Shown: positions 8,903-18,678, counted from the first letter of the stretch. The stretch: DNA of 64,000 nt from Candidatus Poribacteria bacterium (GCA_965198235.1 OZ240248.1:1120001-1184000); one strand, 5' to 3'. The notes: generated by a model not told the origin, from the sequence alone. Made by a program: numbers and translations.

Positions 8903-10359
8903 GCCTTGCGGTCATTTTTATATACCTTGCTATGGTCTTGGTTCTCGGTGCGCTGAGCCATAAACTTTTCCGAAATACCGGAGAAGATTACTTTGTTGCG
9001 AGTCGGACGATTAATTGGTTTATCTTGTTGATGACGCTTTTCGGCACGAACATGACAGCGTTCTCGATCCTCGGTGCATCGGGTGAAGCCTACCATAGGG
9101 GTATCGGTGTTTTTGCCCTGATGGCTTCTTCCTCGGCGATAGTTGTGCCGTGTGTATTCCTCTTTATCGGGACTCGTCTATGGCGGCTTGGAAAACGGTT
9201 TGGTTATGTGACACAGGTACAGTACTTCCGGGACCGGTGGGAGTCCGATGGTTTAGGATTGCTCCTCTTCGTCGTGTTTGTGTTGTTGCTTATCCCGTAT
9301 CTGCTTATCGGTGTGATGGGCGGTGGCGGAACATTGGCAACACTCACGGATGGCAAAATTCCGCAGTGGGTAGGCGGCTTACTCATTTGTGCTGTTGTTC
9401 TCTGTTACGTTACCTACAGCGGTATGCGGGGCACTGCCTGGGTGAACACATTCCAAACGCTCGTTTTCATGACCCTTGGAGGCATCACCTTTTTTGTCAT
9501 CACGAATCGGATGGGCGGGTTTTCAGATGCTATTTCTAAAGTGGACATGGGTTTACTGATGCAGGCGGAGCATATCAAGCCGTTGGAACTGTTAACGTAT
9601 CTCTGTATTCCCCTTTGTGTCGGCATGTTTCCACATATCTTTTCGCATTTCCTAACGGCGAAAGATGTCGGGACGTTCCGTTATGCGATTATTTTCTATC
9701 CGTTGTGTATTGCGGTTGTGTGGATTCCGAGCGTGCTGCTGGGAATATTGGGAAACGTGGATGTCCCAGGTTTGCAAGGGGCGCAGGCGAACAATGTGCT
9801 GATTCAGATGATTCATATACACGCCCCTGGCGTTTTAGCTGGGTTTTTGGGGGCGGGAGTCTTCGCGGCGATTATGTCATCGTTGGATTCGCAATCGCTT
9901 GCTATCGGAAGTATGTTCACGCACGATATTGTCGGACATTATCGTCGGGAAGCGTTTTCGGAGAGGCAACGGGTGTGGGTAGGACGGTTATTTGTGAGCG
10001 GCGTGCTTTGCGTTACCTATCTCATCTCGCTCATTGCGACACCGAGTATTTTTAGACTTGCTGTTTGGTCGTTCACTGGATTTGCGGGTCTTTTTCCGAT
10101 TGTAGTTGCGGCGTTGTTCTGGCAGCGTAGCACAAAGCAGGGCGTGTTCGCCGCAATCATAAGTGTTATTCTGTTATGGTTCTATTTCTTGCTCCAAAAC
10201 TGGCAGACACCAGGGTATAGTGTCGGTGGCATTGGGATTATGCCTGCTGCGATTCTAATCGTTGTTTCGTCTGTCGCGCTGATAATTGTTTCTTTGCTCA
10301 CGAAACCGCCGCAATTACAAACGCTTGAGAAGTTTTTTGATGAATTAGGGTCTCACTAA
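8899..10359 (+). CDS. Sodium:solute symporter family protein
   Basis: EDYFVASR, SGMRGTAWVN, AAIMSSLDS motifs; many TM segments. Confidence 0.93.
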   Translation: MSLAVIFIYLAMVLVLGALSHKLFRNTGEDYFVASRTINWFILLMTLFGTNMTAFSILGASGEAYHRGIGVFALMASSSAIVVPCVFLFIGTRLWRLGKRFGYVTQVQYFRDRWESDGLGLLLFVVFVLLLIPYLLIGVMGGGGTLATLTDGKIPQWVGGLLICAVVLCYVTYSGMRGTAWVNTFQTLVFMTLGGITFFVITNRMGGFSDAISKVDMGLLMQAEHIKPLELLTYLCIPLCVGMFPHIFSHFLTAKDVGTFRYAIIFYPLCIAVVWIPSVLLGILGNVDVPGLQGAQANNVLIQMIHIHAPGVLAGFLGAGVFAAIMSSLDSQSLAIGSMFTHDIVGHYRREAFSERQRVWVGRLFVSGVLCVTYLISLIATPSIFRLAVWSFTGFAGLFPIVVAALFWQRSTKQGVFAAIISVILLWFYFLLQNWQTPGYSVGGIGIMPAAILIVVSSVALIIVSLLTKPPQLQTLEKFFDELGSH

Positions 10360-10438
10360 CGAGACACGAAGACTTTGCACCACAAATGCGACTTAAAGTA
10401 AATGTAAAAGATTTGAGAAAAAGGATGGTAAATACACC

Positions 10439-11218
10439 GTGACGCTCAAAATAAATATCTCGCTTTTCCTACTGATGGCTTGCATTTTCGCATGCGGGGA
10501 AGCGGAAGAGACAACTGAACCCGAACCTGAAAAACCGGCAATGCTCGAATACGGCACGGTCTCTGGAACCATCACCGATGCTGGAACAGGAAATCGTATT
10601 CCCGGGGCAACTGTGACGCTACTGGGACAGTCCTTTGAAACTGGCGTGGATGGCAAGTACACTTTTCAAGGTGTTCTTTACAGAGATGTTCATACCTTGA
10701 CCGTTACGGATCCAGATTATAAGCCGTATAGCCAGCCGCTTGTGCTTAGACAAGAACGATTGGTTGCCGATATTGCGTTGACACCACTGAAGGATCCAGT
10801 GGTGGAGATACAGGAATTTTTTGACAATTTTGCTGCCCTGCTTGAGTCGGTAGATATGGAAAACATAGAGGCGATTCAAGCACTCTTCTCGGAAGCCTAC
10901 GTCGCTGCGGACGATCCAGCCACACTTTTCGGCGTGGCGTCAGGAATTATTCCTGAAAATTATGCAGATGTCGCTCCGGCGATGACACAACTTTTTGAGG
11001 AGTACGTCTCGCTTCAATTCCTATTCCAAGATATAGAAATGGATATAACGCATGCACGGAAGACGGCAGCGACGCTTCAGTTAGATGTTAACGCCGAAAA
11101 AGGGGAGGAACGTGACTTGCGGGAGATTAAAGCCAGCTGCAAATTTGAATTCCGTCGTGAAGAATCGGATTGGAAAATTGTGTATTGGCAGCTTTTTGAG
11201 TTAGATATCCGCTTATGA
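10439..11218 (+). CDS. Lipoprotein with carboxypeptidase-regulatory-like domain
   Basis: Lipobox IFAC, GTVSGTITDAGTG..IPGATV. Confidence 0.7.
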   Translation: MTLKINISLFLLMACIFACGEAEETTEPEPEKPAMLEYGTVSGTITDAGTGNRIPGATVTLLGQSFETGVDGKYTFQGVLYRDVHTLTVTDPDYKPYSQPLVLRQERLVADIALTPLKDPVVEIQEFFDNFAALLESVDMENIEAIQALFSEAYVAADDPATLFGVASGIIPENYADVAPAMTQLFEEYVSLQFLFQDIEMDITHARKTAATLQLDVNAEKGEERDLREIKASCKFEFRREESDWKIVYWQLFELDIRL

Positions 11219-12190
11219 TTCTGATGGTTTTACGAGTGTGCCGTCCCTCTCGGACTCAAGACCTTTGGTCGCGGACAAAAAATTTGCGAGGGCTGCAAAT
11301 TCCGTGATGTCCAATGTTTCAGCACGCCGCTCTGGAGCTATACCGAGTTCCTCAAAAGCAGTCTCCAATACCTTCGCCGATGTCAGCCTACTTCTAACTA
11401 ATGAATTTTTTAGCATCTTCCGCCGCGTCCGAAACGCTGTCCGTACGACTTTAAAGAAGAATTCCTCATTTTCAACCCTAACCTTTGGATTTTGGCGCAT
11501 TGTCAGTTTTAGGAGCGCAGAGTCTACTTTGGGTGCCGGATAAAAGTTTTCTGGTGACAGCGTGGTGATGAGCGTCGCATCAGTACGATAAGCGACACCA
11601 ATTGTCAATGCGCCGTAGTCCTTTCCGCCCGGTTCAGCAACAATCCTTTCTGCTACTTCCTTCTGCATCATCAAAACGCAACTATGAATCTGTTTGTAAT
11701 GATCGAGGATTTTCCACAAGACGGGAGTCGTGATGTTATATGGCAGGTTCGCTATGACTTTAAATGTAGTGGGCACGGGCTCTGTACCGGAACACAATAG
11801 CGAATGGAGTTCCAGTTTGAGGATGTCAGCGTTAAGGAGTTGAACGTGTGAATCTATCGATTTCTGTATAGCAAGTTTTGGAAACCCGCAAACTGCGCTA
11901 CTTTCAACAGCAAGTTTTGGCTTGCAAGCTGCGCCAAAACGGGCTGCTAACGCGTTGTATAACAATGCGTCCACTTCAACGGCAATTACGCGTTTGGCAC
12001 GCCGTGCCAAAGCATCCGTGAGACATCCTAAACCGGCACCGATTTCTATGACTGTGTCGGTATCCGTGAGTTCTCCTGCTTCGAGGATAATTTCGAGGAT
12101 TTCTGGATTAACGAGGAAGTTTTGTCCTAATTGTTTTTTGGGGCGGGTATGATTTAGCGCAAAAAAGCCGCGGATCTGTTGGTGATTCAT
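11213..12190 (-). CDS. rsmA: 16S rRNA m6,6A dimethyltransferase (with in-frame repeat insertion)
   Basis: KKQLGQNFL, EIGAGLG, ANLPYNIT, MQKEVAER, FYPAPKVDS. Confidence 0.97.
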   Translation of the reverse strand: MNHQQIRGFFALNHTRPKKQLGQNFLVNPEILEIILEAGELTDTDTVIEIGAGLGCLTDALARRAKRVIAVEVDALLYNALAARFGAACKPKLAVESSAVCGFPKLAIQKSIDSHVQLLNADILKLELHSLLCSGTEPVPTTFKVIANLPYNITTPVLWKILDHYKQIHSCVLMMQKEVAERIVAEPGGKDYGALTIGVAYRTDATLITTLSPENFYPAPKVDSALLKLTMRQNPKVRVENEEFFFKVVRTAFRTRRKMLKNSLVRSRLTSAKVLETAFEELGIAPERRAETLDITEFAALANFLSATKGLESERDGTLVKPSES

Positions 12191-12318
12191 TTTTTAATTT
12201 ATGGGCACCTGGGCTGCGCTCCACTACGTTACGCACAGGTTTCCGATTGATTCGCGACTGGATTTGAAGATTTGATTGATTTTTCAGAAGAACTGGTTAA
12301 TCCCTATTCTCAAGGGAT

Positions 12319-13554
12319 TTACTTCTTTCGCATCCTGAGGGAAACAACCTTTGTCAAAATGATGTCTGCCACGTCGCGCTTTGAGGAACGTGGCAGTTGT
12401 TCGCAGGTGCCATCTTGGTCCAGCAAGGTTACGATATTCGTATCGACTTCGAATCCCGCTCCCTCCGCAAGGATGTCATTCGCGACAATGAGATCGCAGT
12501 TTTTGCGTATCAACTTCTTTTTGGCGTTCTCAAGGAGGTCGTTCGTTTCGGCGGCAAAGCAGACGAGGATTTGGTTCGTTTTCTGTTCGCCAAGCGTCTG
12601 CGCGATGTCCGGATTCCTTTCAAGTGGAAGTGTCAAGGTTTCGGTAGTTTTTTTGATTTTATGGGGCGTAAATTCGCTCGGTCGATAATCGGCAGGCGCG
12701 CCCGCCATGATGACAATGTCTGTTTCGTTGAAAACTTTCAAAACCGCATCGTGCATCTCAAGCGTCGTCTCGACGTGCTGGATCTCAATGCCGACGGGGG
12801 CGGGGACAGTGGCGGTACCGCTAATTAGACGCACCTCTGCGCCTCGCTGTGCAGCCGCTTCAGCAATGGCGTATCCCATCTTGCCGCTGGATCGATTGGT
12901 AATAAATCGGACCGGGTCGATGTATTCGCGCGTTGCCCCTGCTGTGACGAGAACGCGTGCCCCTTGTAAATCGTGTGCTTCGACTTTGGGTCCAGGGTCC
13001 GATCTCGTATCAGCAAGAATATTACTTGCCCCTTGCAGGATTGCCTCTATTGTATTCAGGCGTCCTGTGCCTTCATAGCCGCACGCTAAGTCACCACTGT
13101 CGGGTTCAATGAAATGGATCCCATGCTTTTTCAAGGTATCGATATTCCGCTGCACAAACGGATTGTGGTACATGTGTCCGTTCATGGCGGGTGCGAGGAG
13201 GATTGGGCAGTGAACGGAAACAGCAACGGTGGAAAGCGCGTCATCAGCGATGCCGTTTGCCATTTTACCGATGATATTCGCTGTAGCAGGGACGATTGTG
13301 AGTAGATCCGCACGGTCGGCGAGGTCGATATGAGGAGGTTTCCAGTCTGTTCCAGCGTCAAATAGGTTCAGGAGAACAGGATTCCGCGAGATGACTTGGA
13401 ATTGCAAAGGTTGGACAAGACGGGTGGCGTTTTCCGTCATTACAACGTGGACAGAGGCACCGTCTTTGACGAGCTGGCTTGCCAAGTCAATCGATTTGTG
13501 GATGGCTATGCCGCCTGTAACACCTAAGATAATCGTCCGCTCTCTAAATTCCAT
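12319..13554 (-). CDS. coaBC: Phosphopantothenoylcysteine decarboxylase/ligase
   Basis: GVTGGIA, PATAN, PAMN, LACG, DPVRFITNRSSGKMG, FAAET. Confidence 0.97.
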   Translation of the reverse strand: MEFRERTIILGVTGGIAIHKSIDLASQLVKDGASVHVVMTENATRLVQPLQFQVISRNPVLLNLFDAGTDWKPPHIDLADRADLLTIVPATANIIGKMANGIADDALSTVAVSVHCPILLAPAMNGHMYHNPFVQRNIDTLKKHGIHFIEPDSGDLACGYEGTGRLNTIEAILQGASNILADTRSDPGPKVEAHDLQGARVLVTAGATREYIDPVRFITNRSSGKMGYAIAEAAAQRGAEVRLISGTATVPAPVGIEIQHVETTLEMHDAVLKVFNETDIVIMAGAPADYRPSEFTPHKIKKTTETLTLPLERNPDIAQTLGEQKTNQILVCFAAETNDLLENAKKKLIRKNCDLIVANDILAEGAGFEVDTNIVTLLDQDGTCEQLPRSSKRDVADIILTKVVSLRMRKK

Positions 13555-13565
13555 GTTTTTCAGGA

Positions 13566-13736
13566 TTACAAGATTTTATTGGGGCAATCTGATTGTTTCT
13601 CAGCATCGGCCTTTGCTTGTTTCTCGTAATATTCGGCTTCTATACGTTCTATGCGCGCCTCTTCGTAATCTCCAAGATCCCAAACCTCTAAAATGTCAAG
13701 CAAGGTATCCTGATCAGGTTCCGGCCACTCCCTCAT
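13566..13736 (-). CDS. Small acidic hypothetical protein (56 aa, not in the ORF track)
   Basis: GGAGG RBS then MREWPEPDQDTLLDILEVWDLGDYEEARIERIEAEYYEKQAKADAEKQSDCPNKIL*; ends 11 bp before coaBC. Confidence 0.6.
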   Translation of the reverse strand: MREWPEPDQDTLLDILEVWDLGDYEEARIERIEAEYYEKQAKADAEKQSDCPNKIL

Positions 13737-13777
13737 GAGCAACCTCCGGTAGGTTGAATGTAAGTCTAATTGTGTTT

Positions 13778-13868
13778 AGGGCTTACGCAATTTCTAATAA
13801 AGGTCTACGGCCCGTACGCTGCCGGCGAGGCTTCAAACCTTGCCGGCATAGCGAGCTGCGTAATTCCT
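13778..13868. mobile_element. MITE-like element, AGGACTTACGCA TIR family (degenerate)
   Basis: AGGGCTTACGCA...TGCGTAATTCCT ends; internal palindrome GCCGGCGAGG-CTTCAAA-CCTTGCCGGC. Confidence 0.6.
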
Positions 13869-13905
13869 GGTGTTGCAAACTGATAATTTTTGTTTGTCGT
13901 GTGCT

Positions 13906-14709
13906 TCATGAAATATCGCTGTCTTGGCGATGAGCGAGTTGCTGACGGAGCCGTTCTAGCTCGGCTTCCATTTCCTGTCGTTCCTGTTCTGCTGCTGCTG
14001 CGCGCCTTTCTGCTGCTGCTGCGCGCCTTTCTGCCTCTATCCGAAGGTAATGCTCCTCCATAGAAGTCGTAATCGGCGTGCCATCCGGTAAATACGGACG
14101 TAAAAGCCGCACCTGCGTATCTAACTGTGCTTCCCACCGAAAATAGAGATTTAATGCCTCACTGAACAGCCCCCCTTGTGCGTCAGAGGCAATCTCAACG
14201 ATGTTACCAGACGGACTGCGCCGCCACCCTCGAAACTCCAGCGGCTTCTCCATTTCGGGTTGATGCAGGAAATACTCCTGCGCACCCATATCCCTGAGAT
14301 AGACCTGAACTTTCTCACCCCGATCCTGATCCGCCGTCGCATCCGAAAGGAACTCAAAGATAACCGTGGGGACAGCACCCTCTGACCACGTATAAAAACT
14401 CCGCCGGAGTGGAAACTTAGCAGCACCTAAGACGACGTAAACATCGGGGGCAACGCACTTCGTCATATCGTCTTCACGGTAATAGATAAACGTGTCAACG
14501 CCTATATGGACGTGTGGATGGATCGCAAAATATCGTCCGAGTTGGTCAGCGAGGTTCCTCACCTGTTCGGCGTGAAATTCTGTTGCAGGCATCGGCTCAT
14601 CGTCCTCATAGGGGTATCCTTCTATGTAAATCGTCGGTCTTCCACTCGCTTTTGGAAAGACGGGCATATATTTTTTCTGTTTGAATGCAAAGTCGTTGAG
14701 GGTACCCAT
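13906..14709 (-). CDS. Uma2 (DUF820) family PD-(D/E)xK endonuclease-like protein
   Basis: VAPDVYVV, IFEFLS, EYFL motifs; C-terminal AERRAAA coiled-coil repeat. Confidence 0.9.
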   Translation of the reverse strand: MGTLNDFAFKQKKYMPVFPKASGRPTIYIEGYPYEDDEPMPATEFHAEQVRNLADQLGRYFAIHPHVHIGVDTFIYYREDDMTKCVAPDVYVVLGAAKFPLRRSFYTWSEGAVPTVIFEFLSDATADQDRGEKVQVYLRDMGAQEYFLHQPEMEKPLEFRGWRRSPSGNIVEIASDAQGGLFSEALNLYFRWEAQLDTQVRLLRPYLPDGTPITTSMEEHYLRIEAERRAAAAERRAAAAEQERQEMEAELERLRQQLAHRQDSDIS

Positions 14710-14748
14710 AATTTCCTCCGTATCCGTTTACCGTAAATCAAACTTACC

Positions 14749-15411
14749 CTAATCTACGCCATCAATACCGAGTAAAGGGTTGATTGTCTCTATCAGTTTA
14801 GTATCAATGCGAGATCGTTCGGCGGTAATGATAGTCTGAATCTGGTGAACTGCCTGTTGGGTTGCGTTCTCTGGGTTGCTAACCCAGTAGTCGTAATGCT
14901 CAATCTCAAGAACTTCGGATTTTGCTATATCCAATCGTTGTTTCAGTTCCCTCTCCGATTCTGTATCTCTGCGGCGGAGACGTTTCTCCAAGATAGCGAA
15001 TGATGGCGGGACGATAAAGATGAGGATACTTCTTGCCGGTGCGAGGTCTTGCGCTCGGATTTGCAAGGAACCCTTTACCTCAATCTCTAAGATAGCGTCT
15101 TTTCCAGCGGAACGGGCATCGGCAATTTCAGATTTGAGCGTACCGTAGCGGTTGTCGCCATATTCTGCCCATTCTAAGAAACGGTTCTGCTCAATATACT
15201 TTTCAAATTCCGCTTTTGACAGAAAGTGATAATCAACGCCATCTTCTTCACCGGGACGCCGCTTACGCGTTGTCGCAGAGACAGATAAGTGTAAGGTTTC
15301 ATCTGCTTTACAGAGGACATCGATGACGGTGCTTTTCCCTGAACCGGACGGTCCAGAGATGACGATGACGAGGTGCGGTTTATAGAGATGTGTGTTCGCC
15401 ATTGGAAGCAT
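14749..15411 (-). CDS. gmk: Guanylate kinase
   Basis: SGPSGSGKST, SATTR..RPGEEDGVDYHF, YGT. Confidence 0.97.
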   Translation of the reverse strand: MLPMANTHLYKPHLVIVISGPSGSGKSTVIDVLCKADETLHLSVSATTRKRRPGEEDGVDYHFLSKAEFEKYIEQNRFLEWAEYGDNRYGTLKSEIADARSAGKDAILEIEVKGSLQIRAQDLAPARSILIFIVPPSFAILEKRLRRRDTESERELKQRLDIAKSEVLEIEHYDYWVSNPENATQQAVHQIQTIITAERSRIDTKLIETINPLLGIDGVD

Positions 15412-15449
15412 CGCGCCCTTAGAAAAGATATGTATTGCGTCCGCAAGCG

Positions 15450-15908
15450 TTAGTCTGCGGCTTCAGCAAGTTCCACAAGCACGGGTGATTCAATGCGGAT
15501 AGCGTCCTTGATGCAGACCTCTTCGCACAACTTACAGCCGACACAGTCTTTGGGTTTAACCAATTCGCAGATGCCGAAGAAGCTTTCGGCGTGTTCGCCG
15601 GTTTCTGGGTCCTTGAGCTCAAGACAATCCCATGGGCAGATATGGACACAGAAGTCGCATCCCGAGCAGAGTTCTTCGTAGATAACGGCGACAGGTCGGT
15701 GTGTGGGTCGACGAATGAATTTGCACACCTCTCCGAACTGGTCACGGATTGCCTCGACTGGACAGACCATCCCGCACGCGCTGCAATCAATGCAAATATT
15801 CGGATCAATGATGTGTAGCATGTTCCTATCGCCGGTTATTGCATCAACCGGGCAGTTCGTCAAACACGCCATACACCCGATACATTCGTCAGTGATATAG
15901 TATGCCAT
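15450..15908 (-). CDS. 4Fe-4S ferredoxin with four cluster motifs
   Basis: Four CxxCxxCxxxC motifs. Confidence 0.92.
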   Translation of the reverse strand: MAYYITDECIGCMACLTNCPVDAITGDRNMLHIIDPNICIDCSACGMVCPVEAIRDQFGEVCKFIRRPTHRPVAVIYEELCSGCDFCVHICPWDCLELKDPETGEHAESFFGICELVKPKDCVGCKLCEEVCIKDAIRIESPVLVELAEAAD

Positions 15909-16029
15909 AAGTCTTTTTCCTGTTTTTGGCGCAGCTTACAACGCCGGGGCCCCCACCCGTTACTGGGAAGGGGCTAAACTTGCTATTCTAAAATCAGGCA
16001 AAATCTTTACTAATACGCTCAGTACATAT

Positions 16030-16058
16030 ATTTTAACACAATCTTTATAAATTGTCAA
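16030..16058 (-). promoter_or_regulatory. Sigma70 promoter for ferredoxin-gmk
   Basis: TTGACA-N17-TAAAAT with extended TG on the minus strand. Confidence 0.7.
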
Positions 16059-16252
16059 GCGTGTTTTTATTTCAATCAAGGTCATTCAATTTTCCTGTAG
16101 GAGGGATCTCCGAATCCCGACTCCTTCTTGCTGACCGCTGACGACTGACGACTATCCCGTTGATATTTTTCACGATTATCCGCTATAATAGCAACATAGA
16201 AATATTAGGGCTTGCTTTTAAGCCCATACTACAAAAGGAAATGGGAGATCTA

Positions 16253-17023
16253 ATGGACTTAGGACTAAAGAACAAAGTGGTAGTTGTAACAGGTGCGAGT
16301 CGCGGAATCGGACGTGCTATCGCGCACGGTTTCGCTGAAGAAGGAGCACGGTTGAGCATCTGTGGCAGAACCCAAGATACACTCCAGAACGTAAAGGATG
16401 AACTGTCGGCAAAAGGCGCGGAGGTCTTCGCCAAACTCACAGATGTTACGGATGGCGAACAAGTTGACGCGTTCATAGCAGAAACAGTAGAAACTTATGG
16501 CGGAATTGATGTCGTTGTGAACAACGTCGGTGGCAGTCGGTGGACCCCTCTGGAAGAGATTTCAGATACCGAGTGGCACGAAATCCTCGACCTGAATCTT
16601 GTATCTGCGGCGCGGGTGAACCAACGCGCCATCCCTGAAATGAAAAAGCAGGGAAGCGGTGTGATTCTGATGATAACCTCCATCTACGGTAGAGAAGGCG
16701 GCGGACACATCACCTATAACGCTTCGAAAGCCGCCGAGATCAGTATGACAAAGTCGTTAGCAAAAGAGCTCGCTCCGGACAATATCCGCGTAAATAGCGT
16801 CGCCCCGGGTTCCATTCTCTTTCCGGGTGGGGGTTGGGCTCGTCGCATGGCAGCAGACCCGGAGGCGATGGAAGCCTTTGTGAAAAGCGATATGCCGCTT
16901 GGGAGGTTCGGAAAGCCCGAAGAAATCGCGAATGTTGTGGTCTTTCTCGCATCCGAACGCGCAAGTCTTGTAACGGGTGCCTGTGTGAACGTTGATGGGT
17001 GTCAGTCACATTCAAACATTTGA
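16253..17023 (+). CDS. SDR family oxidoreductase
   Basis: TGASRGIG, NNVG, YNASK, NSVAPG. Confidence 0.95.
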   Translation: MDLGLKNKVVVVTGASRGIGRAIAHGFAEEGARLSICGRTQDTLQNVKDELSAKGAEVFAKLTDVTDGEQVDAFIAETVETYGGIDVVVNNVGGSRWTPLEEISDTEWHEILDLNLVSAARVNQRAIPEMKKQGSGVILMITSIYGREGGGHITYNASKAAEISMTKSLAKELAPDNIRVNSVAPGSILFPGGGWARRMAADPEAMEAFVKSDMPLGRFGKPEEIANVVVFLASERASLVTGACVNVDGCQSHSNI

Positions 17024-17609
17024 GATGTTCACGAAGCACACTATAGTTTCATCTGGGAAACCCTTTATTGAGGTAGCCTATACTTAATTTACAGAGTTTC
17101 TCGTCTTTTTCATCGCACGACACTAAGAGTTCATACCATTTCAGGTTTGGCATGGTGTCTATGTTTGTATTGAGACATAGCGATTGAGATTTCGATCCGG
17201 GGAAAGTGGAGAAGAAAGTAGTGCCCACCACTCTTTTTCCTCACTTTTATGCTGTCCCGTCACCATTTCCATTGGGGATACCAGGTCCAGTCTTTCTCCT
17301 TGATACACTTCTCATTTTTCTCTTCCATCCCAGGCTCAGACAACATCAGCGGCTTCGGCTTTTCCGGCTCTATTGCAAGCGTGTAGAGAAGTTGGCTTCG
17401 TATGCTACGGGTTTTCTGCTTTCATGTCAGCTGCTTTAGGGTATTAATATAGATGGAAAAGCCTTACAGGAGAGGATGCTATTGCTCCAAATTGCCGATG
17501 CAGCAATTTTTGTGTGGCGGTGGGACCCCGCATCAAAAATCTGGATGTCACGAGTGTCTAAAACGGGACGTTCATATCACTAAACAAACAATAGGAGCAT
17601 ATATTTTTT

Positions 17610-17882
17610 ATGGCAACCGTAAAAGCATTGACAGTAAACCAAACGGCGGAACTTTTAGGGATCTCTGTATCCAAAATTTATGCCGACATCAAGAAGGGAG
17701 TTATCAAACCGCGGAAGGATTCGGGTGGTAAATTCGTCTTAGAGATTGAAGACATTAAAGCGGTTTACGGCGATTTTAACACACAAGATTTGGATATCTT
17801 TGAACATAGTCTTGAAGACCCTCACGACATACCCCGCGCCTTTAACAAAAACCTCGTTATCGCTATTTTAAGACAAGAATAG
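17610..17882 (+). CDS. Excisionase/MerR-like HTH protein, probably truncated by the adjacent MITE
   Basis: LTVNQTAELLGISVSKIY..IKKG; AGGAG RBS; stop codon overlaps the MITE terminal repeat. Confidence 0.7.
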   Translation: MATVKALTVNQTAELLGISVSKIYADIKKGVIKPRKDSGGKFVLEIEDIKAVYGDFNTQDLDIFEHSLEDPHDIPRAFNKNLVIAILRQE

Positions 17883-18010
17883 GACTTACGCACTTCCTCT
17901 TAAAGTCCCCCTGATAAGGGGGATTTAGGGGGTTAAAAACACCAAAATATGCTCACTGTGAGGCATTTTTCACAAAATATATCCTTCTCTGTTCAATTTG
18001 CGTAAGTCCT
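17881..18010. mobile_element. MITE-like element, AGGACTTACGCA TIR family
   Basis: Perfect 12-bp TIR AGGACTTACGCA...TGCGTAAGTCCT; internal CCCCCTGATAAGGGGG palindrome. Confidence 0.75.
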
Positions 18011-18178
18011 GATTATATTAAGTCGTATAACTACGGCAAAAGGGTCACTTTCGGATGAAAAAAATGATTTTTTCAGAAAAATCAACGTTTTCTTACGTTT
18101 TTTCTAACACATTCTCTGTTGTTCAAGAGACTTTGTGTAGGAGGTAGGACGATTGAGTTTCCAATCCTACGAGATCAT

Positions 18179-18589
18179 CTATTTCGGCAGGAGTGTATCT
18201 GTCTGCAGATATTCGTGTATCATCTGCCGAAACTTGCGAAGCCGAGATTTCGCTGTCCCATCGGGAATCTCTAATCGCTCGGAAATCTCGCGGAGGGTGT
18301 GTCCTTGGATATGCAACTCGCCTACATCTCTATAGATAGGCTTCATCTGCGAAATTACAGTGCGAATCTCTTTGACGACAACCGCCTGATGCTGATCATC
18401 GGCAATACTTACACCGCCACCGAACGCAGCATGGCTGATAATAGATGCGAAATCAATATCTCGGTTTGTATCTCTTTTCTCACGTCGATGAAAATCAGCA
18501 CACTTGTTTTTCGCAATCCCTGCCATCCACGCTTTCGGGTGTTCCACCGACTTTCCCTTACGAAAATGTTCGAGGTCAGACGTGCACAT
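18179..18589 (-). pseudogene. N-terminally truncated ECF sigma factor
   Basis: Has the end of region 2 (AWMAGIAKNKCAD) and region 4 (TLREISERLEIPDGTAKSRL) but lacks the first half of region 2. Confidence 0.65.
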
Positions 18590-18678
18590 ACTGATCCTAA
18601 CTTTTTCGTTTTTTCCTTGTTTAAAAAGACATAGGCGTGTTAAAATGGTAGGAATGAATGATTGAGGAGAGCGTGGAC

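Noticed and set aside
13985-14040. Tandem repeat inside Uma2
   Set aside because: It encodes the ordinary AERRAAA coiled-coil tail typical of this family.
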